From IMG/VR virus record IMGVR_UViG_2623620502_000007: DNA of 35,017 bases. The stretch is one strand, 5' to 3'. Both the position numbers and the translations under genes were made by a program. The stretch is from a virus. Taxonomy: Duplodnaviria > Heunggongvirae > Uroviricota > Caudoviricetes. The notes beneath the pieces were generated by a model, which was given only the letters and a program-made list of their open reading frames with translations, ran no database searches and was not told the DNA's origin. This document shows positions 9,642 through 19,013 of this stretch, one piece after another (position 1 is the stretch's first letter; every line of letters starts with the position of its first letter).

Positions 9642-9860
9642 ATGGGCAGGTATAAGCCTGTATCACGAGGAATCAGTAAAATGGCTGATGATAAGACCAA
9701 AATCGGTACCCCTGACAATGATTTAATAAGTATCAAACAGGATTACGAGAGACGTGATTGGGCTGAAAAGTTTGGAGTTAGCGAGACCAAACTTGTTCAA
9801 GCCGTACAGGCTGTAGGTCATTCGGCTAAGAAAGTACAGGCATGGCTTAAAGACCATTAA
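9642..9860 (+). CDS. Small hypothetical protein (72 aa; 59 aa if started at the internal ATG 9681), possibly DUF3606-like
   Basis: ORF in the AT-rich cargo region; the internal ATG at 9681 has the better RBS (GAGG about 10 nt upstream); the motif DYERRDWAEKFGVSETKLVQAVQAVG resembles DUF3606-type small proteins from memory. Confidence 0.5.
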   Translation: MGRYKPVSRGISKMADDKTKIGTPDNDLISIKQDYERRDWAEKFGVSETKLVQAVQAVGHSAKKVQAWLKDH

Positions 9861-9912
9861 TATATGAGCGCCTTTCTAGGCGCTTTTTTCTTTGTCCTTT
9901 GGGGGATGATTT

Positions 9913-10191
9913 ATGGCTAATAATTTATTTATTACTTACGACCTCATTAAAACGAAAGATTATGCGGCTGTGTATGATGCAATTAAATCTTTAGGAAATT
10001 GGGCTTTAACAACTGAATCGAACTGGTATGTTAACTGTAGTTACTCTGCCGAGGATGCAGCCAAAATTGTGAGGGCGATCATGGATAGTGATGATAAGCT
10101 TATTGTTGTAGACGCAACCAATAACTCAGCTTATTGGTACAATCTCTCAGATGAAGTTAGTAACCAAATTCTGACTGAGTGGAACAAGTAA
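9913..10191 (+). CDS. Small hypothetical protein (92 aa), cargo in the FI/G slot
   Basis: Strong RBS (GGGGGA 7-9 nt upstream of ATG), AT-rich codon usage, followed by a hairpin terminator; no family recognised. Confidence 0.6.
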   Translation: MANNLFITYDLIKTKDYAAVYDAIKSLGNWALTTESNWYVNCSYSAEDAAKIVRAIMDSDDKLIVVDATNNSAYWYNLSDEVSNQILTEWNK

Positions 10192-10196
10192 TTAAA

Positions 10197-10220
10197 GGGG
10201 GTGGGTAGCCCCCTTTAATT
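10197..10220 (+). terminator. Weak rho-independent terminator after the 92-aa ORF
   Basis: ggggg-tgggtag-ccccc stem-loop followed by tttaatt. Confidence 0.5.
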
Positions 10221-10411
10221 CAGAAACCATCATGATTGAAACATTAAATATACTGGGTTAATTCTTTCATCCTTGCTCCCTTGCTATATGTCCTGAAAGC
10301 GTCCTTTTTAGCCTTCTGCTCAGTATGTCCGGTAATGGCACAGAGCGGACTGCCAGATTAGGCTTTACTCTGTGCCATAGATATGTAATCTCACACCAGA
10401 GCTTATACAAC

Positions 10412-10939
10412 TTATTGCGGCATTTCCGGCCATTCAGGATTTGCAGGATCCACACGACTGACCAGAACGCTGTAGCGTTCCCAAGCCTCCAGCCGTGTGC
10501 GCTCCTCCTCTGTTGCCATGTTCAGCCTGACAGCGCGCTCCAGCGGCAAAATCACGGATTCAGCATCTGCAAGAAGTCTGGCTTTCCGATTTTCTGCCTG
10601 CTGCTGCAATTCCTCTGCCGTATAAATGCGTTTAATCACTTTGCCGTCCTTAAACATCCAGTTCCCTGAAATGTCCGCCCGTCGGTTAGCAGTAATATCC
10701 GCCACTTCAACCACACTTAATCCATCCGGTCTGATAGCTGTCACATCCTTTTCCACATAGCGGATGATATTATCTTTGTCGTACGCTATTTTTATCGTGT
10801 CATCAGCAAAATACTTTTGTTCTTCGTACCAGTTCTTACCATCTTCTGTAAAAAACCAGACGACATCAAAGTTCTTTGTCAATTGATATTGTTCAACCGT
10901 TTTTGGATTACCTGCCGTTATATTTATCAAATGCTGCAT
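10412..10939 (-). CDS. G: Tail fibre assembly chaperone gpG (175 aa)
   Basis: Length equals P2 G; immediately downstream of H with a 3-nt gap. Confidence 0.85.
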   Translation of the reverse strand: MQHLINITAGNPKTVEQYQLTKNFDVVWFFTEDGKNWYEEQKYFADDTIKIAYDKDNIIRYVEKDVTAIRPDGLSVVEVADITANRRADISGNWMFKDGKVIKRIYTAEELQQQAENRKARLLADAESVILPLERAVRLNMATEEERTRLEAWERYSVLVSRVDPANPEWPEMPQ

Positions 10940-10942
10940 AAA

Positions 10943-13153
10943 TTATACCTGCGCCACGTTGTACCATGTCCCGTTAATGTATTTCTGAACCGGTCTGTAA
11001 TATACGCCACCAATGTTATCGGCAGAGTTTGAGCCGGTATCCTGAACAATAATGCCGGTATATACACACCCGGACGGTGCCTGATGTGTCCATGTCATGC
11101 CATTGTTCGCAGGTTTGTATGTGGCGGCACCACCAAGTCGGATATCCCGGACATAGCGGGAGTCAAAATTGCTGAAATTTGATGGTATCACCTGCCCGGT
11201 AACCCGTAGTGCATCAGGCTTAAGCGTCATCAGATCTTTTGTTGTGCTGCCAGACCTGATGCGCCATTTAAAATATTCATTGCCATTATCACCAGTTTCA
11301 AACCACATGTATGAGTCAGAATCAGCATCTGAATCATTTTTAAATCCAATTTTCGCCCAGTCAGTGTTTCTTTCCCAAATCAGGAAGGCATCATTGATAA
11401 ATTTTATGCTGCCTGACATGCTTCCGCCTGATAATGCCAGAGCAAGAATATCCGCAGGTGTTGGCTTTCGTGATGTGGTATAAAACTCTGACCAGTCAGC
11501 CTCAAATCCATACCCATCACGTGCCGACCTGTAAAAAATCCCCCTGTTTTTATAATCCACAAGAAACTGCATTGCCGGACAACTTCCCTCACCCGTGTAA
11601 AAATGCAACACCATTTTTGATGCTCCGCCATCCTGTGCACAATAAGCACCACTGTCCCAGTTCCATCCTACCGCTTTATTATTTGCAACCGTATTTCCTG
11701 TTTTCCCTAATGCAAAAGCCGGTTGCTTATTTTTCGTATTGTAGTCGCGTCGCCAGCCCGGCGCATAATCAGCTCCGTGATTGATATACGTGAATTGCGC
11801 ACTGGTGGTACCACCACCGCTTGATGTACTCGGAGTGGTCACACGAATGGTCATTGCTGCTTTAACGCCCATAACCTCAATCACGCAACCTGCAAGATGA
11901 ATAGTCCCACAGTCAGTATCGGTAATAATTTTGTTATTACCATATGACCAGGAACACTTGCACATCCAGTAAGGATGATTAAAGGCTCCCTGAGACTCTA
12001 GCCAGTCAATAAACTGAGCGGTTGTCCAGTTTCCGGCTTCAGTGCTCAAAGCGCCGCTATAAGCACGACAGGCACCGATATTTTTCGTGAAGGTATCCTT
12101 TCCCGGAATATCCGCACCGTTCTGATCTTTCTGAAGACGTTTTTCAGCATTGTCATAGGCAGACCTCACCGCTTTTGGTGTTGCGGCCAGCGTTTCTGAA
12201 TCGCTGTTGGTGGCGCTACTGAGCTGGACAAGCCCTTTTCGCGCCGTGGTGGCATCCTGTGCGGTATATTTCCCGTTAGCGAGGTCATATGCTGCCTTTA
12301 CCGCCTTTGGCGTTGCCGCAAGCGTTTCAGAATCGCTGTTGGTGGCGCTACTGAGCTGAGCAAGCCCTTTTCGCGCTGTGGTGGCGTCCTGTGCAGTGTA
12401 TTTCCCGTTAGCAAGGTCATATGCTGTCTTTACTGCTTTTGGCGTTGCGGCGAGCGTTTCAGACGTGCTGTTAGTCGCACTACTGAGCTGAACAAGGCCT
12501 TTTCGCGCCGTGGTGGCATCCTGCGCAGTATATTTCCCGTTAGCAAGGTCATATGCGGCCTTTACCGCTTTCGGCGTTGCGGCCAGTGTTTCAGACGTGC
12601 TGTTGGTCGCACTGCTTAACTGAGTAAAACCTTTTGCGGTCAGCGAGGCGTCCGGGTGACGTCGTGACTGTTCGTGCTCTGCAATTTTGTCATCAACGTA
12701 ATCCTGCGTCGCCATCACCGTTGTGGTGTCAATGGTCAGCGCCACTGAGGCCACACTGCTGACGATGATGACCATGCGACAGGTCTGCGAACGCCCTGAG
12801 CCTTCGGCAAGAGCTGGCTTATAACTTTCGGCCATGTTCGCCACGGCAATTAATGTTCCCGCATCATCGTACAGGCCAAGCTCACGCATCCAGAAACCGC
12901 CCACCTCCGGCGGAATAACCAGCTCTGCGATAATATAATTACTGTTTCGTTTGTCCTGACTGATTTTGTTCAGCGCATGTCGCCAGACTTCGTGGATAAG
13001 CCCGGTCTGTCCGGCATCCGGGACAGGCAATTTACCACCGCCATCCCCGACGGCCATCGTGGTAATGTTGACCTTCCGCCCTCCCGGTGCGGTTGCCGCT
13101 GCCAGCTTTGCTGCACCGGCAGTGGTGATAACGGTTTTGAATTTTGTGCTCAT
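10943..13153 (-). CDS. H: Tail fibre protein gpH (736 aa) with internal tandem repeats and a divergent C-terminal receptor-binding region
   Basis: N-terminus MSTKFKTVITTAGAAKLAAA is typical of P2-family H; about 3.7 tandem copies of a 44-aa unit; C-terminal half is lower-GC and Cys-containing, unlike the N-terminal part. Confidence 0.88.
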   Translation of the reverse strand: MSTKFKTVITTAGAAKLAAATAPGGRKVNITTMAVGDGGGKLPVPDAGQTGLIHEVWRHALNKISQDKRNSNYIIAELVIPPEVGGFWMRELGLYDDAGTLIAVANMAESYKPALAEGSGRSQTCRMVIIVSSVASVALTIDTTTVMATQDYVDDKIAEHEQSRRHPDASLTAKGFTQLSSATNSTSETLAATPKAVKAAYDLANGKYTAQDATTARKGLVQLSSATNSTSETLAATPKAVKTAYDLANGKYTAQDATTARKGLAQLSSATNSDSETLAATPKAVKAAYDLANGKYTAQDATTARKGLVQLSSATNSDSETLAATPKAVRSAYDNAEKRLQKDQNGADIPGKDTFTKNIGACRAYSGALSTEAGNWTTAQFIDWLESQGAFNHPYWMCKCSWSYGNNKIITDTDCGTIHLAGCVIEVMGVKAAMTIRVTTPSTSSGGGTTSAQFTYINHGADYAPGWRRDYNTKNKQPAFALGKTGNTVANNKAVGWNWDSGAYCAQDGGASKMVLHFYTGEGSCPAMQFLVDYKNRGIFYRSARDGYGFEADWSEFYTTSRKPTPADILALALSGGSMSGSIKFINDAFLIWERNTDWAKIGFKNDSDADSDSYMWFETGDNGNEYFKWRIRSGSTTKDLMTLKPDALRVTGQVIPSNFSNFDSRYVRDIRLGGAATYKPANNGMTWTHQAPSGCVYTGIIVQDTGSNSADNIGGVYYRPVQKYINGTWYNVAQV
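12140..12634 (-). repeat. Intragenic tandem repeat in H: about 3.7 copies of a 132-nt (44-aa) unit
   Basis: Protein repeat KG[FL]xQLSSATNS[TD]SETLAATPKAVKxAYDLANGKYTAQDATTAR at aa 174-217, 218-261, 262-305 and a partial fourth copy; near-identical at nucleotide level. Confidence 0.85.
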
Positions 13154-13163
13154 TATTCCTCAC

Positions 13164-13694
13164 TTATCCGGGGTAAACCGTAATTACATCGCCGTCGTAA
13201 GCCACACCACCGGCGAACAGGTAGCCGGGAATGTCCCGGGTAATGTTCAGGCCAATAAGGTGGCGGCTTGCAGGTTTGGCATCAGCAATCAGCCGTTCCA
13301 TTTCCTGATACATTGCCTCTGTGATGCCACTTTCCAGTACACCAATATCAAGCCGGAAGGTGCCGGGCGGGTCACTGTTTTCCCACCACTCCGTCACGTT
13401 GATGAGATAGCCGAGCGGCTCCACCACACGCCGGATTGCACCTATAGTGCCTTTATGACAGTGGATGAAATACGCATCGCGGATAACGGCGCGTTTTGTC
13501 GCTTCCGGCCACTTTTCATCCCACCTGTCGACCGAAAACGCCCACGCCAGCCACGGCAGCAGATTTGCCGGACAGGTGTCCGGGTTCCACAGCTCACGAA
13601 TACTGACCGGCGTTTTTTCAATTTCCGCACAGGCTTTTGCGGCGGCGACCTCAAGCGGTGATGAGCCGGTCGGCAGCAGTCGCGAATCACTCAT
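13164..13694 (-). CDS. I: Baseplate protein gpI (176 aa)
   Basis: Synteny and length match P2 I; overlaps the J stop. Confidence 0.85.
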   Translation of the reverse strand: MSDSRLLPTGSSPLEVAAAKACAEIEKTPVSIRELWNPDTCPANLLPWLAWAFSVDRWDEKWPEATKRAVIRDAYFIHCHKGTIGAIRRVVEPLGYLINVTEWWENSDPPGTFRLDIGVLESGITEAMYQEMERLIADAKPASRHLIGLNITRDIPGYLFAGGVAYDGDVITVYPG

Positions 13695-14595
13695 CCGAGC
13701 CTCCGGTCACGACGCGGTATTCGGTACAGAAAGACGCCTGCGTACTGTTGAGCACGATGTCGGCCAGTGGTGCAGCCAGTTCGACACGCTGCACACCTTC
13801 CACATGCAAAGCGGCATAAATGGCAGACAGACGGATGTCGCGCCCCAGCCGGTGCTGTGCCGTGATATACGCTTCCAGTTTTTTCACGGCGGCAGCGCGA
13901 ATGGGTTCGCTTTCGGGACCAGGGTAAAGGTAAAGCGTGGCGTTTATCTGGTATTCAACGATGGCGGCAGACTGCACGGTCACGCGGTCGGCCACCGGCC
14001 TGACGTCCTCGCCATTAAGGGCGTTACGCACCACCGCCAGCAGGTCTTCGGATGCGACACCGTTATTTTCACGTGACAGCACAGAGATGGTGACGCAGGC
14101 CGGAGACGGACTGGTTACAGAAATATCCGCGACACGCCCGTCGGCACTGCGACCATGATACTGATAAGCACCCACCGACCCGGCGACGCTTAAGCCCTCA
14201 AACGCCTGCTGAATACGCAGACGATAATCGGTGTCAGATTCCATCACTGCCGGTGTCGGCGGAATGGTCGAATCATCTGCCGGGGTGATAGTCAGGCGCG
14301 TGGTGTTGTAATTGGCACCAATCACATCAAGGTCATTACCGGCTGCACAGGCCAACATCACCGCCCGTGCGGCCTCATTCACACGCTGACGCCAGATAAG
14401 CTCACGATAAGCGTTTTCCTCCAGCAGTTTGACGAGAGGCTCGGATTCCAGCGTCAGGGTACGGGCGACCGCCTCCTGCTGGTCTTCCGGGTAAAGGGAA
14501 ATCAGTGTCGCCTTGCGTTCGGCAAGAATGGTTTCAAAGTCCAGCTCCTCGACCACATCCGGTGCAGGTAGCTGGTTCAGGTCGATAATCGGCAT
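13687..14595 (-). CDS. J: Baseplate wedge protein gpJ (302 aa)
   Basis: Synteny and length match P2 J. Confidence 0.87.
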   Translation of the reverse strand: MPIIDLNQLPAPDVVEELDFETILAERKATLISLYPEDQQEAVARTLTLESEPLVKLLEENAYRELIWRQRVNEAARAVMLACAAGNDLDVIGANYNTTRLTITPADDSTIPPTPAVMESDTDYRLRIQQAFEGLSVAGSVGAYQYHGRSADGRVADISVTSPSPACVTISVLSRENNGVASEDLLAVVRNALNGEDVRPVADRVTVQSAAIVEYQINATLYLYPGPESEPIRAAAVKKLEAYITAQHRLGRDIRLSAIYAALHVEGVQRVELAAPLADIVLNSTQASFCTEYRVVTGGSDE

Positions 14596-14599
14596 GGTT

Positions 14600-14947
14600 T
14601 CAACTCACAGGGATGGTTAACGAAAGTGGCTGGCCGGTGTCGTTGTGCTGGCCGGTCAAAGTGACAGTCATTCGCCCGTCAAAACCGCGCTCAGTGGTGA
14701 CGGATGACAGGGTGATGCGGGGTTCCCATTTCAGCACCGCCATGTAACAGGCGACCTTAATCTGCAACTCAAGCGCCGGGGTCTGCGGCTGGTCAATCAT
14801 TGACGCCAGCAACGAGCCGTAATCACGACGCATCACCCGTGAGCCGACCGGTGTGCGCAGGATATCGCCGATACTCTGGCTGATATGCTCAAGGTCAGTG
14901 ACAGTCAGGCCATCACTGCGATTCATTCCGAGATAACGCGCTGTCAT
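14600..14947 (-). CDS. W: Baseplate protein gpW (115 aa, gp25-like)
   Basis: Synteny and length match P2 W. Confidence 0.85.
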   Translation of the reverse strand: MTARYLGMNRSDGLTVTDLEHISQSIGDILRTPVGSRVMRRDYGSLLASMIDQPQTPALELQIKVACYMAVLKWEPRITLSSVTTERGFDGRMTVTLTGQHNDTGQPLSLTIPVS

Positions 14948-15579
14948 AGAGGGCTCCCGGTTGTGCCGCCGCTGTCGCCGGGGTGTTTATGGGTATGCAG
15001 TACCTTACCGTTTGATGAGAGTTCACCGCCGGTGTGTTCAATGTTGCCGCGCATCGTCCCGCCCTTCTGCACTTCCAGCGTGCCGGTAATCAGCCTGTTG
15101 GTGCAGACCACCTCCGGTGTGTCCAGGGTGACGCGGGTTGATGCTTTCACCATGACCACCGGCACCGTGGCAGTAACAGAATCAGAAGCCGTCACGCTGG
15201 CCGTTTTAATTCCGCTTACCGTGAGTGCACTGGTTTCGGGTTCATACTCAATCACCGCCCCGTCAGGGAAACGGATATGCAGGGCATCCGCCGACGCAGA
15301 CGGCGCGGGGTTATCGCCGGAATAAATCCCCGGCAGAACAAACGCCGTGTCAAGTTCACCGCCCACGGCCAGAATCAGCACCTGCTCCCCCACGGAAGGT
15401 GCCCACCATGTGCGCGAGCGCCCGGCACGACAGGTCAGCCACTGAAGCCAGTCGGTGCACATGCCGCCGGTCTGCACACGGCAGCGACCGGCTTTAAGGT
15501 TGGTTTCGACGACAAGGCCGGTACGAATCATGTTGCGCAGTGCGCGCGCGAGTTCCTGGATATTTGCGAGAGTGTTCAT
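14944..15579 (-). CDS. V: Baseplate spike/hub protein gpV (211 aa)
   Basis: Synteny and length match P2 V; 4-nt overlap with the W start. Confidence 0.85.
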   Translation of the reverse strand: MNTLANIQELARALRNMIRTGLVVETNLKAGRCRVQTGGMCTDWLQWLTCRAGRSRTWWAPSVGEQVLILAVGGELDTAFVLPGIYSGDNPAPSASADALHIRFPDGAVIEYEPETSALTVSGIKTASVTASDSVTATVPVVMVKASTRVTLDTPEVVCTNRLITGTLEVQKGGTMRGNIEHTGGELSSNGKVLHTHKHPGDSGGTTGSPL

Positions 15580-15645
15580 AACGGGAAGGATGCCGCCGGG
15601 TCATACCGGCGGCAATGTAACGATGAGGTGTCGGGAATGGCACAA

Positions 15646-16098
15646 CTAACGGTCGAGGTGAGCCAGGATAATCTCTTCAATCATCTGCACATCCTCACCG
15701 GTAAAGCCGAGCAGAGGACGCGCCGGATAATCAATTTTCTTACCGTCTTTCCGGGTTTCTTCCGACAGACCGAACTGATGCACACTGGCGATTTTCGGTG
15801 ACTTCCCGCCGTAAAACTCCATTGATGCCTGTTCAGGGCTGGCGCGGATATGCAAAAAACGACTGGTGATAAGTTTCGCAAACATTTTTCGCTTAACGCG
15901 ACCGGTCTTTTTTCTGGCGCTCTGCTGCTGGCGTGGCACGTAGGGGGTGCCGTCCGGGGCTTTCTGTGCCATCACCCGACGCTGCTGACTCTGCCGCAGA
16001 CGTTTCGCCAGTTCGGCACTCAGTCGCCGACGCCCTGACGGTGACAGCGATTCAATAAGTCCGGTCAGCCGGTCTTCAAAACGCTTAAACTCATTCAT
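15646..16098 (-). CDS. S: Tail completion protein gpS (150 aa)
   Basis: Synteny and length match P2 S. Confidence 0.82.
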   Translation of the reverse strand: MNEFKRFEDRLTGLIESLSPSGRRRLSAELAKRLRQSQQRRVMAQKAPDGTPYVPRQQQSARKKTGRVKRKMFAKLITSRFLHIRASPEQASMEFYGGKSPKIASVHQFGLSEETRKDGKKIDYPARPLLGFTGEDVQMIEEIILAHLDR

Positions 16099-16558
16099 CC
16101 CACTTGCTCACCAGTTCGCCATTGATATAAAGCTCCATCGGGCGGGTGACGGGCTCCGGCGGCGTGGGTTCCGGGATATTCTTCACATGCAGCGCGCCGT
16201 CAACCTCACTGACCAGCGTGCGCTCGGTCAGCATCAGGCTGATACTGATATCAAAGCTGCTGTCATTGTTGATGTCCGCATAAAACGTGAAGCCCTTTTT
16301 CTGGCCTTCGTCGGTGGTCATGATGTCGGGCTGATTTTCCCGCAGCCACGCCAGCACCGGCACAATGAGCAGGTCAAAATCACCGGTAAAGTCGGTCACA
16401 ATCACATTGAGCGTGTAACGCTTTTCGAATGACAACGACGTCGCCAGTGTGGAGGCAATACTCCCGTTATCCACGAATATCCGCAGCATCTCGGGACTGG
16501 TTTTCAGCACCGTGACGGCATCAGTCAGCGCCCTGCGCAGGCTGTCGGGTTTGAGCAT
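16091..16558 (-). CDS. R: Tail completion protein gpR (155 aa)
   Basis: Synteny and length match P2 R. Confidence 0.82.
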   Translation of the reverse strand: MLKPDSLRRALTDAVTVLKTSPEMLRIFVDNGSIASTLATSLSFEKRYTLNVIVTDFTGDFDLLIVPVLAWLRENQPDIMTTDEGQKKGFTFYADINNDSSFDISISLMLTERTLVSEVDGALHVKNIPEPTPPEPVTRPMELYINGELVSKWDE

Positions 16559-16811
16559 CGTTTTCGTCCTGACAGTGTTTAATCATTTTTACCTGGCTGG
16601 CACAGCGTGCCAGCGCGTTCTCAAGCTGCCGGATATCGGCACTTAAATCGCCGTTCGTCTGCGGGTCACTGCCCGGCATCGGGCAAAGGCTCACTTTCGG
16701 GCAGGCGTTGGCGACAATCACTGGCGTCGGTGCAGGCCGGGCGCTGGTGCAACCGGCGCACAGCATCAGGCAGGTCAGCGCCGTACCAGCGGCGAAAATC
16801 TTCGTTTTCAT
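16521..16811 (-). CDS. lysC: LysC, outer-membrane lipoprotein spanin (Rz1-like), partly embedded out of frame in lysB
   Basis: Internal start MKTKIFAAGTALTCLMLCAGC gives a lipoprotein signal with lipobox LCAGC; Pro-rich mature part; overlaps the 3' end of lysB in a different frame. Confidence 0.75.
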   Translation of the reverse strand: MKTKIFAAGTALTCLMLCAGCTSARPAPTPVIVANACPKVSLCPMPGSDPQTNGDLSADIRQLENALARCASQVKMIKHCQDENDAQTRQPAQGAD

Positions 16812-17091
16812 TAAGTAACCTCGTGATGGTTTTCTCGCGCTGTGCTTCACGCTTCGCGGCGTTCTCCAGTTCCTGACGCAGTACCACCTGCGCCAGCTCG
16901 TTTTTGTCTGCTCTGGTGAGGGCAACATGAAGCTGATTTTTCAGCATGGTGATGGTCGTCTGCTGCCCGCTGGCGACGTTGTTCGCCCTGTCCAGCGAGG
17001 CGCGCAGGCTGGCGTTTTCATGCTTCGCCAGAAACAGCCCCGCCACCGCCAGCGATAACAACACGACCAGCACAATCATCAGCTTTGACAT
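16666..17091 (-). CDS. lysB: LysB, inner-membrane spanin (Rz-like, 141 aa)
   Basis: N-terminal TM helix followed by a coiled-coil region; length equals P2 LysB. Confidence 0.8.
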   Translation of the reverse strand: MSKLMIVLVVLLSLAVAGLFLAKHENASLRASLDRANNVASGQQTTITMLKNQLHVALTRADKNELAQVVLRQELENAAKREAQREKTITRLLNENEDFRRWYGADLPDAVRRLHQRPACTDASDCRQRLPESEPLPDAGQ

Positions 17092-17504
17092 AATTCCCGC
17101 CCCTCAAGACGCTGACGACAGGCTTTACGTATCAGCCGGAAAAACAGCGACGCCACAAGATAAATCAGCGCGGTAAAAATCCATCCGGCGGCGACCAGCG
17201 AGATAAATGTCGCCACCATCGCCACCAGAGCCACTGCCCGTCTGCACCACGGCACCGGCTGCAAAAACAGCGACGTGACAATCTTCACGGCCAGCGATTC
17301 CGGCGGCAGCTCCCGTCCGTAGCGTTCCAGTACATACTCAGTGGCATACACCCCGACACCACCGGCAACCACACAGATAACCGCCGCCAGAATCGCCCAG
17401 GCGGCGACAAAACTGACGGCCACGCTCTGCGGGTAAATCAGGGACAGTGCCAGCATCAGCGCCAGCGACACGTGCAGCATCAGTGAAAGGGATAATTTCT
17501 TCAT
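17079..17504 (-). CDS. lysA: LysA, multi-pass membrane lysis-timing protein (141 aa)
   Basis: Four hydrophobic segments; length and position match P2 LysA. Confidence 0.78.
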   Translation of the reverse strand: MKKLSLSLMLHVSLALMLALSLIYPQSVAVSFVAAWAILAAVICVVAGGVGVYATEYVLERYGRELPPESLAVKIVTSLFLQPVPWCRRAVALVAMVATFISLVAAGWIFTALIYLVASLFFRLIRKACRQRLEGRELCQS

Positions 17505-17518
17505 GGTGTTTACTCCGT

Positions 17519-18016
17519 TTAAGCCGGTACGCCGCCAGCGGTACGCCAGACGGTGACCAGTTTTTCCAGTGAATGCTCACGCTGACCGTAACCGGCACCC
17601 GGCAGGGACGCCCAGATATTGCGACAGCGTGAAATGGCGCGCTCAATGCGTCCCGCCCGGATGTCATCCAGTGCACCGCGTTCGCGGATCAACTGAATGG
17701 CGAGTCTGTCCTGTGACAACGGACTGAAATCCGGCAGGGCAAGCTGTTTGCGGTAATGCGGCCAGAACAGGTAAAGCTGCTGATAGCGACCGGAGGCCGT
17801 GGATTTTTCACCGCGACGGTTAAACACCTTCGCCGGTCGGCCATGTGCGAACGGGTGGTCACTGTAGTCGGTGAAAATTTCCGGCTTCCCGTCCAGTCCG
17901 GTGACTATCACGTCATAGCCACGGTTTTTCGTCAGCGGATGATTCGCCGTCCCTTCGGATACCGCCAGCATGTCGAGAAAGGCGGCGATATTCTGATGCG
18001 TGTTAATTACCGGCAT
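17519..18016 (-). CDS. K: Endolysin gpK (165 aa, lysozyme-like)
   Basis: Position between Y and lysA; length equals P2 K. Confidence 0.85.
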   Translation of the reverse strand: MPVINTHQNIAAFLDMLAVSEGTANHPLTKNRGYDVIVTGLDGKPEIFTDYSDHPFAHGRPAKVFNRRGEKSTASGRYQQLYLFWPHYRKQLALPDFSPLSQDRLAIQLIRERGALDDIRAGRIERAISRCRNIWASLPGAGYGQREHSLEKLVTVWRTAGGVPA

Positions 18017-18297
18017 TACGGTTTCCCCCTGCCCTTAAAGCGACGCTGAATGGCAATCTCAATCACCTGATAACCGGCGATACCCAGCATGGAGCCGATG
18101 CCGCACACCGCAGGCAGTGACAGGTCAGGAAACTGCACCAGAACAACACCGGCAACCATCGAGACAAAACCACCGAGCAACATGCGTCCGATAAACAGAC
18201 GCGGGGTGATGGGTTCACCACCGGCAAGCACCTTGCCGACAACAATCAGCACCCCAATCATGAAAAGCGACAGGACGCTTTTTTCTTCTGCTGTCAT
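18016..18297 (-). CDS. Y: Holin gpY (93 aa)
   Basis: Small protein with hydrophobic helices and a basic C-terminus (RRFKGRGKP); length equals P2 Y. Confidence 0.82.
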   Translation of the reverse strand: MTAEEKSVLSLFMIGVLIVVGKVLAGGEPITPRLFIGRMLLGGFVSMVAGVVLVQFPDLSLPAVCGIGSMLGIAGYQVIEIAIQRRFKGRGKP

Positions 18298-18300
18298 GCG

Positions 18301-18504
18301 TTACTCCCACAGATTGACAGTTTCAGCCACGGGCGCGGTCTGAACGTCGGGCAGTTCGACGGCGGTGCCGTGTGGCAGCACCGCACCCAGTTCAGCCAGT
18401 CCCGGATTTGCGGCGAGCACGGCTTCGACCACGCCCTCAGTGCGCCCGTAATACCGGACACAAATGGCGTCGAGCGTGTCGCCCTGTAGCGCAAAGGTCT
18501 TCAT
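18301..18504 (-). CDS. X: Tail protein gpX (67 aa)
   Basis: Internal Met start MKTFALQGDTLDAICVRYYG gives 67 aa as in P2 X; the six-frame ORF extends 23 codons upstream and overlaps L. Confidence 0.78.
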   Translation of the reverse strand: MKTFALQGDTLDAICVRYYGRTEGVVEAVLAANPGLAELGAVLPHGTAVELPDVQTAPVAETVNLWE

Positions 18505-19013
18505 CAGATTTGACTCACGATGCAGCGCGGCTTGTCCTGGATACGCGCCACCGCCCAGCGCATATCCCGCCACAGCTCATCAATGGTGCTGTCAATGCTG
18601 TCAGCCTTCTTGTCGCCTTTCGCACTGGCATCCACGCCGCGATAACGCTCATAAAGCGACGCGGTCGCCATCGCACACACGGCGCGCTCGTAGTAAAAAA
18701 CTTTGATGCTTTCACCGTCGATATCGTCCGCCGGGACGTCCGCCAGACGCGTAAAACCGGCGGCAATTTTCTGTTCGCGGTACTCGTACAGCTCCGCATT
18801 CGTCTCCGCCATGCCTGACTTGATGGCCTCACGCAGACGGGCGGGGGCGACGGTCTGCTCAAGGCGCATACGTTCCCGGACGCGCTTCGGGTCGATATCG
18901 GGAAAAAAGAACGTGTTTTTAATCACCGGCTCGTCGCCTGCCGGTTGCGGGATGACCACCGTACCCTCACCGGACACGGGAGCCTCCTTTCGCGGAATAA
19001 TCAGCGTCATCAT
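18504..19013 (-). CDS. L: Head completion protein gpL (169 aa)
   Basis: Start taken at MMTLIIPRKEAP to give 169 aa as in P2 L; the six-frame ORF extends 20 codons upstream. Confidence 0.8.
   Translation of the reverse strand: MMTLIIPRKEAPVSGEGTVVIPQPAGDEPVIKNTFFFPDIDPKRVRERMRLEQTVAPARLREAIKSGMAETNAELYEYREQKIAAGFTRLADVPADDIDGESIKVFYYERAVCAMATASLYERYRGVDASAKGDKKADSIDSTIDELWRDMRWAVARIQDKPRCIVSQI

Noticed and set aside
10267-10455. 62-aa minus-strand ORF spanning the G stop region
   Set aside because: Overlaps the G 3' end, is Arg/Lys-rich with no RBS; likely spurious.
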